Below are positions 11,262 to 24,892 of a stretch of 64,000 nucleotides of DNA, piece by piece; the stretch's first letter is position 1; each line of letters opens with the position of its first letter. The position numbers were made by a program, and so were the translations under genes. Under the pieces are notes generated by a model. It did no database searches. It saw only the letters and a list, made by a program, of their open reading frames with translations, and had not been told where the DNA came from. Where the stretch lies: NCBI GenBank assembly GCA_051313645.2, contig JBNRSN020000005.1, positions 77,810,001-77,874,000 on the forward strand. Direction: 5' to 3'. The stretch comes from Centroscyllium fabricii. Its lineage: Eukaryota.

Positions 11262-12005
11262 CACCGTGACCTACATTTCCATCTTTGCAAATGCAAATTC
11301 TTTCTTTGTTCATGTAAACATGTCACATTAACTCAGTGCTTTGCCAAATGCTAGTGTATCCATTCTAAATGTTACACTTGGCTCCGCTTCTTTAAACTGT
11401 ACTGAAACATCACATCCGTGTAAACAAGTTTTTAAAATTTACTTTAATTCGGTTAACTCCCCCATGCCGCACTCTCTGCATTTGAGAAGGAAGATCTACC
11501 CCAGGCATGTCCTATGATATCTTCCAACTCAGTGGGGGAGTGACTGGTATCTGTTTTGGACTCCCCCCCCAACAGCATGAATAAGGTTGATAATTCAATA
11601 CATGAGCAAAACAAAGGGGCAAACCAGCATTTCACCATTCTACTTGCCTTTTCAATGTGCAGTGTAACACCTAACAGGAGTTTTTTTTTAAATTGAAATT
11701 AAATAAATGAAAACACTGCTGAGCATATGAACATATTGGGGTAGATCTTGACATTGTGCAATAATGTAAAAAGGGCGATAGCGAATCGGCAGCTCATTTT
11801 ACATCTCTCCTACTTTTTATTTCCATTGACTTCAAGGGTGCCAAGGATTTGAGGATAGAGATCTAGTTGGAAATTTTGAGGCCACCTGAAGGGTAGCACC
11901 ACGCAAACCGTGGGAGAGAACTTACCGACCCGTACTCGCCAACATTGTGGCTTATGCTACCTTCATCAGGCCTACCGCTAGGTTGCTAAAGTGCCCTTCT
12001 GAATC

Positions 12006-12580
12006 AGGAATTCCCTCCCTAAACCTCTCCGTCTCTCTACCACTCTTTCCTCCTTTAAGATGCTCCTTAAAACCTACCTCTTTAACCAAGCTTTCTGTCA
12101 TCTGTCCTAATGGCCCGTATTTTCCTGCGTGTGGAGGCCTCCGATCTGGAAAAATCTACGAACTTACCTGAGGGCTCCCGAGGTGCGTATACTTCCGCTC
12201 CTGGGCCTCTCCAAACTCGAAATGCGCAGGGCCCACATACCCCAAAGGCGCATGTGGTTCGCAAGCGTCCCTGGGGTCACATGGGCCATGGGGAGCAAAT
12301 AGGAGAAGGAAATCTCCTTTCATACACTTGACAGATAGACCTGTCAAATATATAAATGGAGATCACGAATATTTATCCCTCTACCTACATCGCAAAAAAA
12401 CCAGATTATCAGGTCATTATCTCATTGCTATTTGTTGTACCTTGTTGAGTGCAAATTGGCTGCCGCGTTTCCTACATTACAACAGTGACTACACTTCAAA
12501 AGTACTTTGTTGGCTGTAAAGTGCATTGGGACGGCCTGAGGTCATAAATGGCGCTATATAAATTCAAGTACTTTCTTTTC
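12006..12580 (+). mobile_element. L2 3' end / DeuSINE-type tail, interrupted by a small GGCCC-ended DNA element fragment (~12112-12400)
   Basis: CTTAAAACCTACCTCTTT L2 motif; tail AAATTGGCTGCCGCGTTTCCTACATTACAACAGTGACTACACTTCAAAAGTAC...GGCGCTATATAAAT, also reversed at 49275-49350. Confidence 0.65.
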
Positions 12581-13134
12581 TTTTATAATGAATGAATGAA
12601 CGGCTACTACTGGTGGTGTAGAGAGAGAAGAATTGTTCCTTTAGTGTCAGAGGAGCAGAGAGGACATGTGCACATATGACCAAAAGAAATCATTGAGATA
12701 GATTGTGTTGGATTTGAAAATAAGGATCTTAAAAATCAATTTACTAAATCCAGGCAAGGTTGGTGTGCGGGAATTGTACAGGGAGGACATGGACCCAGAT
12801 TTCCAAATTGTAATCCTGGTACTCTGATAAAAGATATGATCATTGTGGTTGCAACCTGAAAGAGAAAGACTGGTTAACACTTCAGCTACAAACCTTCCTC
12901 AAAGTTCATGTCGCTCTTGAAATCTGATTGATTGCCAGCATTCTCTGTTTCTATTCAAGACTAATAGGGATTCATAGGTTTTAATCTCTCTTCAATTTTC
13001 TTCCTTCCTTTCCTGAAGGGACGGACTCTTGTTCATTGCGCACTAATGGCGCTCCAATACCTTGCCCAATTGGCAATTCTTCAGCTGTTAGCCGATGCAG
13101 TGGTGTCAGCAATTTACCTACCACAGCTGAGCCC

Positions 13135-13545
13135 AATTCAATTCAATTCAATTCAATTCAAGTTTTATTGTCATTGCAGAGTACTAGTACAATACAACGA
13201 GATGAAGACTCGACTCTCCCGAGAGTAGTGCAAATAAATTACATGCAAATTGCATACAGTAAAGTACATTATCAGGCATGCAGGTACCGGAGTTTCTTTT
13301 TAGAGTTCAGGAGGCTGACAGCCCTGGGGAAGAAGCTGTTCTGAAATCTAGTCGTGCGGGTGCAAATTGCTCTGTAGCGTCTCCCGGAGGGCAGGGGGGC
13401 GAACAGACTGTGGCTGGGGTGTGTGGGGTCTTTAATAATGTTCATAGACCTCCGTAAGCAGCGTTTGAGGTAGATGCTTTCCATTGGTGGTAGCTGTGTA
13501 CCGGTAATTTGTTGGGCAGTTTTGACTACCCGCTGCAATGTTGTT
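13135..13545 (-). mobile_element. Rex1/Babar LINE 3' end
   Basis: (AATTC)n tail on plus strand; ORF 13272..13571 LQRVVKTAQ...SFFPRAV; nearly identical to 56397-56790. Confidence 0.9.
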
Positions 13546-14434
13546 CTCAACTGATTTCCATAAACTCTCACTTTTCAGGAAAGGTCACTAAATAACAATC
13601 AGGTGTAGCATTCCTGGCTGATTTTCCTCCTGTTCAGTACATGGACACTGAAACTAATTATAGCATCATAAGCTCCTGCAGTACTAAACTGGGAATAAAA
13701 ACCTGGGCTTTCTGGTCCATATACTGGGGGCATTCCTTATTGACTGAGCTTTAGTTTTACTTTTTATTTGTGGGTAATATATCTATTTGTTGCTATTGTT
13801 ACTGTATAAGAGATTTTTTAACACTGTTACGAATCTCTTTCCAAAGCCCGTTAAAAGAAAGCCTACAGCCAGGAATTCTACCACAGTTTGGATTCAGCCA
13901 AAGATGGGAATCCTGCTTATGAAATGAAGACAATAATGCACTGTGAAGGGTGAATTAGCCAATGTATGTGGAATGTTTGATTTTTTTTCCCATTAAAAAA
14001 ACTTTGTTGCATTGAATTGTCCATTTTTTATTTCACTACAATGCAGTGAAGTTATTAAGTATGTTTATTGACTAAAATATCTCTACTAGGTTAACTAATT
14101 TCTATGTAAGATTTTTTTTCAGCCAATCAATGTGGTTTTTTTCCTAAATGTTGTAGTGGTAGGCATTTGTATCTTTATTTCAGTGCACATTTCTTCATGC
14201 ACTTTGTCAGAAATGAGCATATTTTCAATTTATTTATGGTAAAACTTTTATTCCTGGTGTGATGGCTCCCAAATAGGTGTATTGCCATGATGCACAGCAT
14301 TAACATTATTTAGCAAAGGCTAGTTTGTGAATGTGCATTTAAAGATTCAACCTATGAGCCAGCTTATGTTTATTTACTGATTCTTACTCTCGCTCTGCAT
14401 TGACTTGTCTATGCTCAGATAGTGCTCAAACTAG

Positions 14435-14692
14435 TGTGGTAAACCACTGTATTACCACTGTACTGTATATACTGTGTGATAAGCTCACTGCATGTAACCT
14501 GTCTGGACATGCCCTCTGCTGGCCCCACCTGTGTCTCCTCCCCCGGACCCAGGTATAAAGGTGACTGTTCCCCAACCCCCCTTCAGTCTCGGACCAGTCA
14601 CTCAGCAGAAAGGCATGCTTCCTTCTTAGTGAATAGAAGCCTATCTGTTCTTCGCATAACTTCTAGTCTTTGGAGTTATTGATAGTGTATCA
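14435..14692 (+). mobile_element. Solo LTR of the same Gypsy lineage as G1-G3 (258 bp)
   Basis: TGTGGTAA...TATCA; TATAAA at ~14555; AATAGAAGCC...GTCTTTG...TTGATAGTGTATCA; flanks ACTAG/ATTAG (5-bp TSD, 1 mismatch). Confidence 0.85.
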
Positions 14693-15009
14693 ATTAGTAC
14701 CTTTCGTTAATTTACCCCCATCTATAACCCTTATGCAATAATTATGTTATGTATTCTACTTGTCACAGGATGGATTCCTCTTTAAGGAATTCCCCTTTAA
14801 ATTCTGGTGCCTTTCCCTTTAAGCATTGAAAATACCTCGTTTACGAGTGCAATACACCTGTTTGTATCTCGTTGATTGTTTTATGCATTAAGGGGACTGA
14901 GCTAATTACTCATTAGTTTGATAAGTATTTAAGCATTGGGTTAGCAAGAGGACATTGCCGGATCATTAGCAACAACTTAGCAACAACTAGGACACACAGA
15001 GGTGCTGTT

Positions 15010-15560
15010 CTAGCTCCGTGGGAGGCAGTGTGCTTATGGATGATGGACTCTCCTTCAGAAAACTCAGTGAGAGTGAGTCCCCGCTGTGGAGCGGATTCTG
15101 GAGAATTCCTAATTCTACACTCTGGACATTGCTCTCTATCATCTGAACTCAGGTTTGGACATTCCATTTCTACATTCTGGACTTTGCTCTCTATCACCTG
15201 AACTCAGTAGCTCCGTGGAGGCAAGTGTATGTGGGGCGTTCCCCTGCTTGTGGATAATGGATTCTCTTTCTGAAGACCCAGGTTGGAGTGAGTCCCTGCG
15301 ATGGGCAGGACTCTGGAGAATTCCATTTCTACATTCTGGACATTGCTCTCTATCACCTGAACTCAGGATGGGACATTTCATTCTTACTACAATGAGGCCC
15401 TTTCTGTTATGAGGATGCTCTTTGTTGAGTGTCCTGGGGGTTCAGTTGTACATTGCTCTAAATCACCTGAACTCAGTTTTGGACATTTCATTCTTACTAC
15501 AATGAGGCCCTTTCTGTTATGAGGATGCTCTTTGCCGAGTGTTCTGAGGGTTCAGTTCAG
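15010..15560. repeat. Mosaic tandem duplications of unknown origin
   Basis: CATTGCTCTCTATCACCTGAACTCAG-like block four times; ~145-160 bp unit twice; ~75 bp unit twice. Confidence 0.75.
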
Positions 15561-15969
15561 TATTAAGCTTGTTCCAGTTTTCAGAGGAAGACTTGTTTTA
15601 TATGTATATTATTTGTATGTATGGATGTATTTAGTTATGTTTCTCATTTTATAAGAAATAAAGGAGTTTTGGGCTCTAGACTGTTATCTCAGTGTCTCGC
15701 ATTTGGGCCCCACACCCAAACGTTACACTACTTTAACATCTGCCCATTAGTAGAAGAGGAGCAGGGACAACAGACAGGCTGGATTTTACTATCCTTGGTG
15801 GGTTGGTGGCGGGTCCCGGCCTCGCTGCTGGTTCCAGCCCGCTGTCCAAAACGATTTTCCGCTGTTTGGAATTGTTAAGCCCGCCCAGCACGTTTGTCAG
15901 CCAATTGAAGGAAGGGGGTCTGATGACATAATTTGATAATGCGTCACCAGCCGGTTTCCTTAAAGGGAC

Positions 15970-16795
15970 CATGCAGCAAGTGATTAAGAAGGCCAATGGA
16001 ATGTTGGCTTTCATTGCTAGGGGGATAGAATATAAAAATAGGGAGGTATTGCTTCAGTTGTACAAGGTATTGGTGAGACCGCACCTGGAATACTGCATAC
16101 AGTTTTGATGTCCATACTTAAGAAAGGACATACATGCTCTTGAGTCAGTACAAAGAAGGTTCACTCGGTTAATCCCAGGGATGAGGGGTTGGACATATGA
16201 GGAGAGGTTGAGTAGATTGGGACTCTACTCATTGGAGTTCAGAAGAATTAGGAGCGATCTTATTGAAACATATAAGATTGTGAAGGGGTTGGATCGGGTG
16301 GATGCAGGGATGATGTTCCCAATGATGGGTGAAACTAGAACTAGGGGGCATAATCTTAGAATAAGGAGCTGCTCTTTCAAAACTGAGATGAGGAGAAACT
16401 ACTTCACTCAGAGGGTAGTAGGTCCATGGAACATGCTGCCTCAAAAAGCTGTAGAAGCTACATCATTACATAAATTTAAAACAGAAATAGACAGTTTCCT
16501 AGAAGTAAAAGGGATTAAGGGTTACGGGGAGCGGGCAGGAATTTGGACATGAGTCTAGGATCAGATCGGTCATGGCCCTGTGGGTAGTGGAGCGGGCCCA
16601 GGGACCGTGTAGCCTGATCCTGCTCCTATTTCATGTGTCTAATTCTATTAGATGCAGGAGATGCTTCTGTGATAATAGGTTGATTGTTAGGATCAGATCA
16701 GCCATGATCTTATTGAATGGTGTAGCAGGCTCGAGGGGCCGATTGGCCTACTCCTGCTCCTATTTCTTATGTTCTCATGTTCTTATGTTCTTATT
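15970..16795 (+). mobile_element. CR1 LINE 3' end plus an additional tail fragment
   Basis: YEERLSRLGLYSLEFRR...DLIETYK...TRGHNLR...FTQRVV..WN.LP. Confidence 0.9.
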
Positions 16796-19700
16796 CAATA
16801 AGATCATGGCTGATCCGATTACTCCACATTCCCGCCTACCCCAGATAACTTTTCACCCCCTTGCTTACCAATAATCTATCTACCTCTGCCTTAAAAATAT
16901 TCAAAGACTCTGCTTCCACCGCCTTCTGAGGAACAGAGTTCAAAGACTCAGGACTCTCTGTGAGAAAAACATTCTCCTCATCTCTGTTTTAAGTGGGCGA
17001 CCCCTTATATTAAAACAGTGACCCCTAATTTGAGATTCTCCCACAAGAGGAAACATCCTCTCCACATCCACCCTGTCCAGACCCCTCAGGATCTTATATG
17101 TTTCAATCAAGTCACCTCTTACTCTTCTAAACTCCAGCGGATACAAGCCTAGCCTATCCAACCTTTCCTCATAAGACAACCCGCCCATTCCAGGTATTAG
17201 TCTAGTAAACTGTCTTTGAATGGCTTCCAACACATTTACATCCTTCCTTAAATAAGGAGACCAATACTGTACACAGTACTCCAGATGTGGTCTCACCAAT
17301 ACCCTGTATAGCTGAAGCATAACCTCCCTACTTTTGTATTCAATTCCCCTCGCAATAAACAATAATGTTCTATTAGCTTTCCTAATTACTTGCTGTACCT
17401 TTTGCGATTCATGCACTAGGACACCCAGATCCCTCTGCATCTCAGAGCTCTGCAATCTCACACCATTTAGATAATATGATTTTTTATTCTTCCTGCCAAG
17501 ATAGCCAACTTCACATTTTCCTGCATTATACTCCATTTGCCAGATCTTTGCCCACTCACTTAACCTATCTATATCCCTTTGTAGCCTCCTTATGTCTTCT
17601 TCACAATTTACTTTCCTACCTATCTTTGTGTCATCCGCAAATTTAGCAACCATACCTTCTGTCCCTTCATCCAAGTCATTTATATAAATTGGAAAATGTT
17701 GAGACCCCAGCACTGATCCCTGTGGCTCACCACTCATTACATCTTGCCAATCAGAAAATGACCCATTTATGCATACTCTCTGTTTCCTGTTAGCTAGCCA
17801 ATCTTCTATCCATGCCAATATGTTACCCCCTAAAGCATGAGCTTTTATTTTCTGCAATAACCTTTGATGTGGCACCTTATCAAATGCCTTCTGGAAATCT
17901 AAGTACAGTACACCCACTGGTTTCCCTTTATCCACAGCACATGTTACTTCCTCAAAGGACTCTAATAAATTGGTTAAACATGATTTCCCTTGCACAAAAC
18001 CATGTTGACTTTGCCTGATTACTTTGAAGTTTTCTAAGTGCCCTGCTATAATGTCTTTAATAATAGCTTCTAACATCTTCCCTATGACAGATGTTAAGCT
18101 AATTGGCCTGTAGTTTCCCGCTTTCTATCTCCCTCCTTTTTTGAATAAAGGAGTTACATTCACTATTTTCCAATCTAATGGAACCTTCCCCGAATCTAGG
18201 GAATTTTGGAAAATTAAAACCAACGCATCAACTATCTCACTTGTCACTTCTTTTAAGACCCTAGGATGAAGTCCATCAGGACCTGGGGATTTGTCAGCCC
18301 GCAGCTCCAACAATTTGCTCAGTACCACTTCCCTGGTGATTATAATTTTCTTGAGTTCCTGTCTCCCTTCCATTTCCTGATTTACAGCTATTTCTGGGAT
18401 GTTACTTGTATTCTCTATAGTGAAGACCGATGCAAAATACCTGTTCAACTCAACTGCCTTCTCCTTATTTTCCATTATTAATTCCCCAGACTCACTTTTT
18501 ATAGGGCCAACGCTCATGGTTAATTCTTTTCTTTTTTAAATATCTATATCTGTTTTTGTATTTCTAGCTAGCTTTCTCTTGTACTCTAATTTTACTCTCC
18601 TTATTAATATTTTAGTCATGTTTTTTATATTCTGTCCAGTCTTCTGACCTGCCACCCATCTTTGCACAATTATATGCTTTTTCTTTAAGTTCAATACTAT
18701 CTTTAACTTTTTCAGTTAACTACAGATGGTGGGTCCTCCCCTTGGAATTTTTCTTTCTTTTTGGAATGTATATATTCTATGTATTTTGAAATATCCCCTT
18801 AAATGTCTGCCACTGCAATTCCATTGACCTATCCTTTAACCTAATTTGCCAGTTCACATTGTGAGGGAATATGCCACATTTCAGAAAGATACACCATAAT
18901 ATGAACAGAATACTGATATTATTAATACATGATATACTGGGTTTAAAAATCTAAAGCCTCAGAGGCACAGGCTGTGAACAGAGAACAGGCTTCTGAGATA
19001 AAGATCAGTTGATAACAAAGTTGTAAACAAGCTTTGAAATGGGAATTAGTTAAATATTCTAAAACAATGAAAGATTGAAGCAAACCATTGGTGCTTCTGA
19101 AAGGTCTATGGTTTGTAACAAACACAATGAGAATGCCCAGTTGAAAGTGTTAAGAGCTGACACGTAAGACAGAAATACAAACATTAAAAGAATTATGTGA
19201 CTTTGAAAACATGACATCAAGTAAAGAAACACCTGCTGGTCAAATAGTTTTATGTTAAACTTGGATGACAGGAAACACGATTAAATATGCAACCAATTGA
19301 GATAGCTCGAAATGCATGAAACACTCTGGTCAAAGTGTCTTTAATTTATACATATGGTAAAAACCATACCAACAAGAAGACTTTGAATATATACCTTCAA
19401 TAGATGACACCAAGCAATTACATTGTGTTTGTATTGAACTTGGAACAGTAAGGAGTCACAATGTCTGCTAAAAACCAGTAAAGCCAATATTAAGAATTGA
19501 ATGAAAGCATTTTATAAGAATGGCATCAAACAGAAACCATAGCTGTCATTGTTTTTATGATGGTTTTTGAAACACTTAAAAATAGAGAAATAGTTATGCA
19601 TGCAATAGTTGAATTGAGAGCAAGATAGAAAGCATTCAAACAGAGATATCAATAAAGACAATTAGCTGACATCAGCAGAGAACTTCAAAGAAGGAACCAC

Positions 19701-21272
19701 TGCCAAAAGAGTATAAAACATAAACCTTTTCAACAGAAAGGCAGAACTCGCTGAACTGGCAAAGCATTTCTCAACTCTTCAGAGGCATCTCTGTAAGTCT
19801 TTAACTATGAATCTCGAGAAGTCAAAGTAATTGACTTTGATGGATATTCTGGATTTAGAAATTAGTAAGATATAAAAAATATAATGAAGTAAAGATTTGA
19901 GAATAAGGATCTCTGAGAATTAAGAAATATAAACTAATTGTATTTTGAATTGTTAATGTTGTGACTGATTCAACAGATGTTAACTGAATGTTGGCTCTTA
20001 AATAAAACTGTATATTTTTAGAATTGTCTCAGAGTAATTCTGTATAAACTCTCAAACCCACATTTCTGTACACTCTTTTGTAAGGAGTTGCAGAATTCTG
20101 GGGGTATTTCGGACCCTCATAATATCCGGAAGGTTACAGTCTAGCTCAACATATTAAAAGTACTATCTGGAGGACAGTAACATCTTCAGTCATTCCTTTC
20201 CTTTAGGGAGAGATAGCCTGAACCTTTAGACCCATTTAAGCATCTTATGGACTTCGGTTATCTCTAACTTAAGTTGAGGGTGAATGTCTGGGGAATACGC
20301 CTGATCTGGGATAGCCCAAAAGGGCTAGGACTGTAATTAGCCCTTCAACTTTAGCTAGCTCTGCTTTCGTGCCCTCATAATTGCCCTTATTTAAGTTTAA
20401 AATACCAATCTTGGACCCACTCTTCTCTCTCTCAAACTGAATGTAAAATTCAATCATATTATGATCACTGCTACCTGGGGGCGCCTTCACTATGACATCA
20501 TTAATTAATCCTATCTCATTGCATAATACCTGGATTGGCTCCAGAACATGCTGTTGTAAGAAACTATCCCCAAAACATTCCATGAACTCCTCATCTATGC
20601 TACCTTTGCCCATCTGATTTTTCTAGTCTATATGCCGATTAAAATCCCCCATGATTATTGCCGTACCCTTCTGACAAGCTCCCATTATTTCTTCCTTTAT
20701 ACTCCATCCTACCGTGTGGTTACTGTTAGGGGGCCTGTACACCACTCCCACAAGTGACTTCTTGCCTTTATTATTTCTTATCTCTTCCCAAACCGCTTCT
20801 ACATCCTGGTTTCCTGAACTTAGGTCATCCCTCTCTATTGTGCTAATACCATCACTAATTAACAAAGCCACCCCTCCGCCTTTTCCCACCTTCCTGTCGT
20901 TCCTAAATGTCATGTACCCTTCAATATTCAGGCCCCAATCTATGTCAACCTGCAGCCATGTTTCTGTAATGGCTATCAGATCATATTTATTTATTTCTAT
21001 TTGCGCTATCAGTTCATCTGTTTTGTTTTGAATGCAAAATGCATTGAGATGCAGAGCCTTTAGTTTGTCCTTTTATTATTTTTGTAACCTCTAGCCTTAT
21101 CTGTTGATTTACTCTTAGATTTGTACTCTCTATGCCTTCCTGTCATGGTCTGTTTATCATTTCCCATATCAATACCTTTCTCTATTGCCTTGTCTCTAAT
21201 CTTTGAATTACCACATCTTCCCAAATTTGATCCCATGCCCCCAATATTTAGTTTAAAGCCTTCTCTACCGCC
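16796..21272 (-). mobile_element. Long CR1 LINE (APE endonuclease + RT, degenerate), interrupted by a solo LTR
   Basis: APE GGGVAL...GVVYRPP...MGDFN (20623-20913), SDHN; RT QHGF/YLDFQKAFD/KFADDTK (16940-18076). Confidence 0.93.
18860..20347 (+). mobile_element. Large AT-rich solo LTR (~1.49 kb) inserted in CR1
   Basis: TGTGAGGG...CCCTTCA termini; ACAT/ACTT flanks; CR1 resumes across it; TATAAAA ~19713, AATAAA ~20001. Confidence 0.7.
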
Positions 21273-21978
21273 CTAGTTATAGAAGAGCAGCAGAATGTTC
21301 GGGTGCTGATGCCGTGTCCTGTGCAGCATCAGTTGATTGGTGTTGTTGTTGATGCTGCTGGTGTGCCTGGTGCTGCTGGTGTTGGGGCTGATCGTGGTCG
21401 GATTCGGAGAACAAAGGTGAGATAGTTTCAAGGGCGCCGATGCTGATGTAATAGATGGCAAGTGAACTTGAGATGACAGAAGTGACCTGTCAATGGTGAA
21501 AGAGGTTGTTCCAATGAGGTGCCACTGGATAGAGAGTTTACTCCAAACACTTGCAACCTGCATAAAGCTCAATCTGTCTTCCAAATGCAGTAAGCAACAG
21601 CTTCTGAGCTTGGAAAGTGAACAGCTGTGAGATGGGAGCTTTTATAGTACATTTGCAGCTGTCAAGTAATGAGATGATTTCATGGTCATTCAACTCCCGC
21701 TCTGCTTACCTGACGTAATCCCGAGCAGTGTGGGCCCCGTAGGCAACCTGGTAAACTCTGAAGGTGAGCTGAAAATAGTTCTTAATGCTCTGTTAACAAG
21801 GTCATAATGACCTTAATTACAATCCATGCCACTGCGTGTCGGGTCTACTCAGTGCTGACAGACCCAACATTTGGGAAAGGCACGCAGCAGCGGCATCCCA
21901 ACCCACTGTCAAAAAAAAGCATTTTCCCATCCGACTCGCCACTGATCATGTCCACTGACTCTCCGGAAAATTCCCTCC
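21273..21978 (-). mobile_element. Degenerate Harbinger-like 5' end fragment
   Basis: CTG/TTG-rich stretch resembling the start of the 6325-7637 transposase; AAAATTCCCTCC terminus. Confidence 0.5.
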
Positions 21979-22196
21979 AACACCTATAAATGGAAGCACA
22001 ACTAATGGAAATATAATGGTTTTTGTGGCAAGGATACTGGAAAGTTACAACACCAGCACTTACAGAAACACAAATTAAAATATAAAAGTAGATCTCTTTT
22101 GCTAATCAGCTGGTTAGTCTTGGACCCAATGTACAGACCCACTGCAGTCTAAATGAAACATTATGGACACTGTAAGATACACACATCAAACATACA

Positions 22197-22958
22197 GGCA
22201 AAAAATTAGGGTGACCGCGGGCCGTTCTGGAGCTGGGTACTCACGCGTGTGGGCTGCGAATTGCAAGTAGACGCTATTTCCCGGTGCTACCTGCAATTCC
22301 GATGAAGGCCAGCGGGGTTTGCGAGCTGCAGTGAGCTGAAGCACGTTCACCTGCGCACCAGGAGGTGCGCAGAAGGATTCCGATTTTTTTTTAGAGTATT
22401 TTATCTGTGTAAGTATCGAAAAAGTTACGCTGAAAAATATCAGCCGTAACGATCCCTTTTTATCAGGTAAGTGTTTTATTTTATAGAATTTAAGTTTTTT
22501 TTTTACAGGCTTTTACTTTTTTTAAACTTTAAAGACAGGTAAGTATCTTTTTTGGCCAGTTAAAAACTTTTAAAAAAAATTCTAATTTATTTTTCTCTTA
22601 AAAATAGGTAATTTATGTTTGTTAGAGTATTGTTAAAAAATGTGGTGTTTTTTAAATTTTATTTTTGTGTTTAGATGTGTTTTTGAAGCTCTTCCTTTTC
22701 ATAGCTTACACAGATTTCTCCGTGTAAGTTATGAATGGAGGATTGCTTCCATTGATTGGTTCCCTGCAGATCACGTGGTCCCGTGCACGCTCTCGCACTA
22801 ACTACGACGTTGAGTTGCCTCAGCATGGCGCCTGGAGCCTGAAACAACACTCCAAATCGGGATTTCACATCGCAGAATTGGAGAATGGCAGGAGCGCAGG
22901 GCAAGTGGACCTCGGAGGCATACACGCGCAGGAAGCCTCCGAGGCTAATTTTTGGGCC
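22197..22958. mobile_element. ~760-bp MITE, GGCCC(A)RAAATT-TIR family, copy 1
   Basis: Colinear similarity with 33108-33869 and the reverse complement of 45868-46617. Confidence 0.8.
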
Positions 22959-23366
22959 AATATATTTGTAACACTATTAACAAAAACACATGACAAAACT
23001 TGCCTAAGCTGAGTTGTGATCTCAGAGTGTTTGTCACAATGCACTCTGAGCATTGCAGTTCCATGACTGTACAGTGAAAGCTCCAACTCCCATGATACAT
23101 CTCTCACAGAATTGCTTGACTGGAGCTGGAACTTCCTCTTCCAGCTGCTTGTCATGTGACAGGAATTGTTGTGGTGTATTCTGGGTATAGTAACTCCTTA
23201 AGGATCAGGGTGAAAATTGAAATTCCCATCAGCAACTCCAACTCACCAGCGCCCAGGCCAAAGTAAAATTTCCAGCTGAAGCCCTCGGCTTTGGAGAGAA
23301 GGACAGGGCTAAGTTGGTGGGAAAATAATTTCTTGCAGACATTTCTAACATTAAATAATGAATTAT

Positions 23367-23542
23367 ATCATAGAATCATAGAATCATAGAATCCCTACAG
23401 TGCAGATAGAGGCCATTTTGGCCCATCGAGCCTGCACCGACACATATCCCACCCTATCCCCGTAATCCCACATATTCAATCCCCCTAACACTAAGGGTCA
23501 ATTTATCATGGCCAATCAACCTAACCCGCACATCTTTGGACT
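23367..23542 (-). mobile_element. HE1-like SINE, 5'-truncated
   Basis: Near-identical to 10946-11110. Confidence 0.9.
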
Positions 23543-24055
23543 ATATGGCTGTGTTTGATGATTTTTCAGAAGTGTGTAATTTTTTATGCTTTTTGATGTA
23601 AGAAGTGCCGACCTACAAATACTCCACTTTCTGCCGGGGGTGGAAACATGGCAATAGGTGCAGTAAAATGCGGCAGCACCTGTTTCCGCAAGGTCTCTGT
23701 CCCTTGCTGGCTCAGTGAGAGCCTTCATCGGGGATGTGGGGAGTTTGGATACTTCTTCCACCCATCCCCTCCCCTCCGACGTCACTTTTGTGGATGGTGG
23801 CACCAGTTATGCCACTTGTGCAGCCTGCTGTAAGTATGCTTGTCCGAAGCAGGCATACTCGCTGTACAGGTCCACTAGTGAGCCTCACAGTGCTCCGGCT
23901 CAAACTTTGGTGACTTGTTGGTTTCCCCAAGTCAGGTTTATTTTAAAGAAAGCTTTTAAGTTTGATAGGACAGATAGCTATGAACATATGAAATAAATGG
24001 CAAGTTTTCCATTGGCAATGCGGCCTGACCCATCTATTAGCAGTCCAGCCATGTA

Positions 24056-24407
24056 CAGGAAACTTTTTATTATCCGGTTTCGACGGGACGGCATGTTGCC
24101 GGTTTATCAAAATTTCCAGATAACTCAGAAGGCTATCTACCGGGGCTATTTTTAACAAAGAAAAATAAAAAATCAAGAAATGTGCAGTAGACAGTAATTG
24201 GGTACTCACCTACAGAATGTTGTCTTAAATGGATGTGGATTGTGGCAGTTTGGAGAACTACCCCCACTGATTAACTCAGCCATCACAGGAGACTCGGACT
24301 CGGACTCAGCAACATTGCTGGTTATTGAGGTGTTGTTTACGTATGAGAATTTTGCCGGTTAATAGAGATTTCCAGACATTAGGTGCCGGTTAAACAAGAG
24401 TTTCCTG
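24056..24407. mobile_element. Tc1/pogo (Tigger-like) MITE
   Basis: TA|CAGGAAACT...TTATCCGG and CCGGTTAAACAAGAGTTTCCTG|CA inverted ends. Confidence 0.55.
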
Positions 24408-24860
24408 CACACCAACCCCTTACTGATGCTATCTCCTGGATGAGGCAAGAATATAGATGGTAATGGAGTTGTCATTGGGTAATGATTGGCATACACTACA
24501 TATATTAACAATCCCAGTAAATTAATATTCTATCTAATCAACAATTTCCCTTTAATATAAACTTTTATCCAGCAGTGTTTTATGGGTAAAAGTTTAATTT
24601 ATTATAATTAGAATTATTTCAAACAAAGCTGTGAACTGAACAGAGTAAACACCAAACACTTCTTAGAGGTTTCTTTTGCCTTGGAAGACAAGATATGCAT
24701 TTAACACACCATTTTTAAAAAGATGCTCTTCCAGTGTATAATTGAGTTAATTTTGAGAATTTGTAATTGTTTTTATTTAAGGTTAACTCTGGCAGTGTGG
24801 TGATCTTGTAGAAACTGACAAAATATTTTGAAATAGAAACAGAAACTACTGGAAACACTC

Positions 24861-24892
24861 AACGTTTCGGGTCGATGACCTTTCGTCAGAAC
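24861..24892 (-). ncRNA. Minimal hammerhead ribozyme core in the Penelope terminus
   Basis: GTT-CTGACGA-AA-GGTC-ATC-GACC-C-GAAA-CGTT; the 3' strand of stem I is lost by deletion in this copy. Confidence 0.7.
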
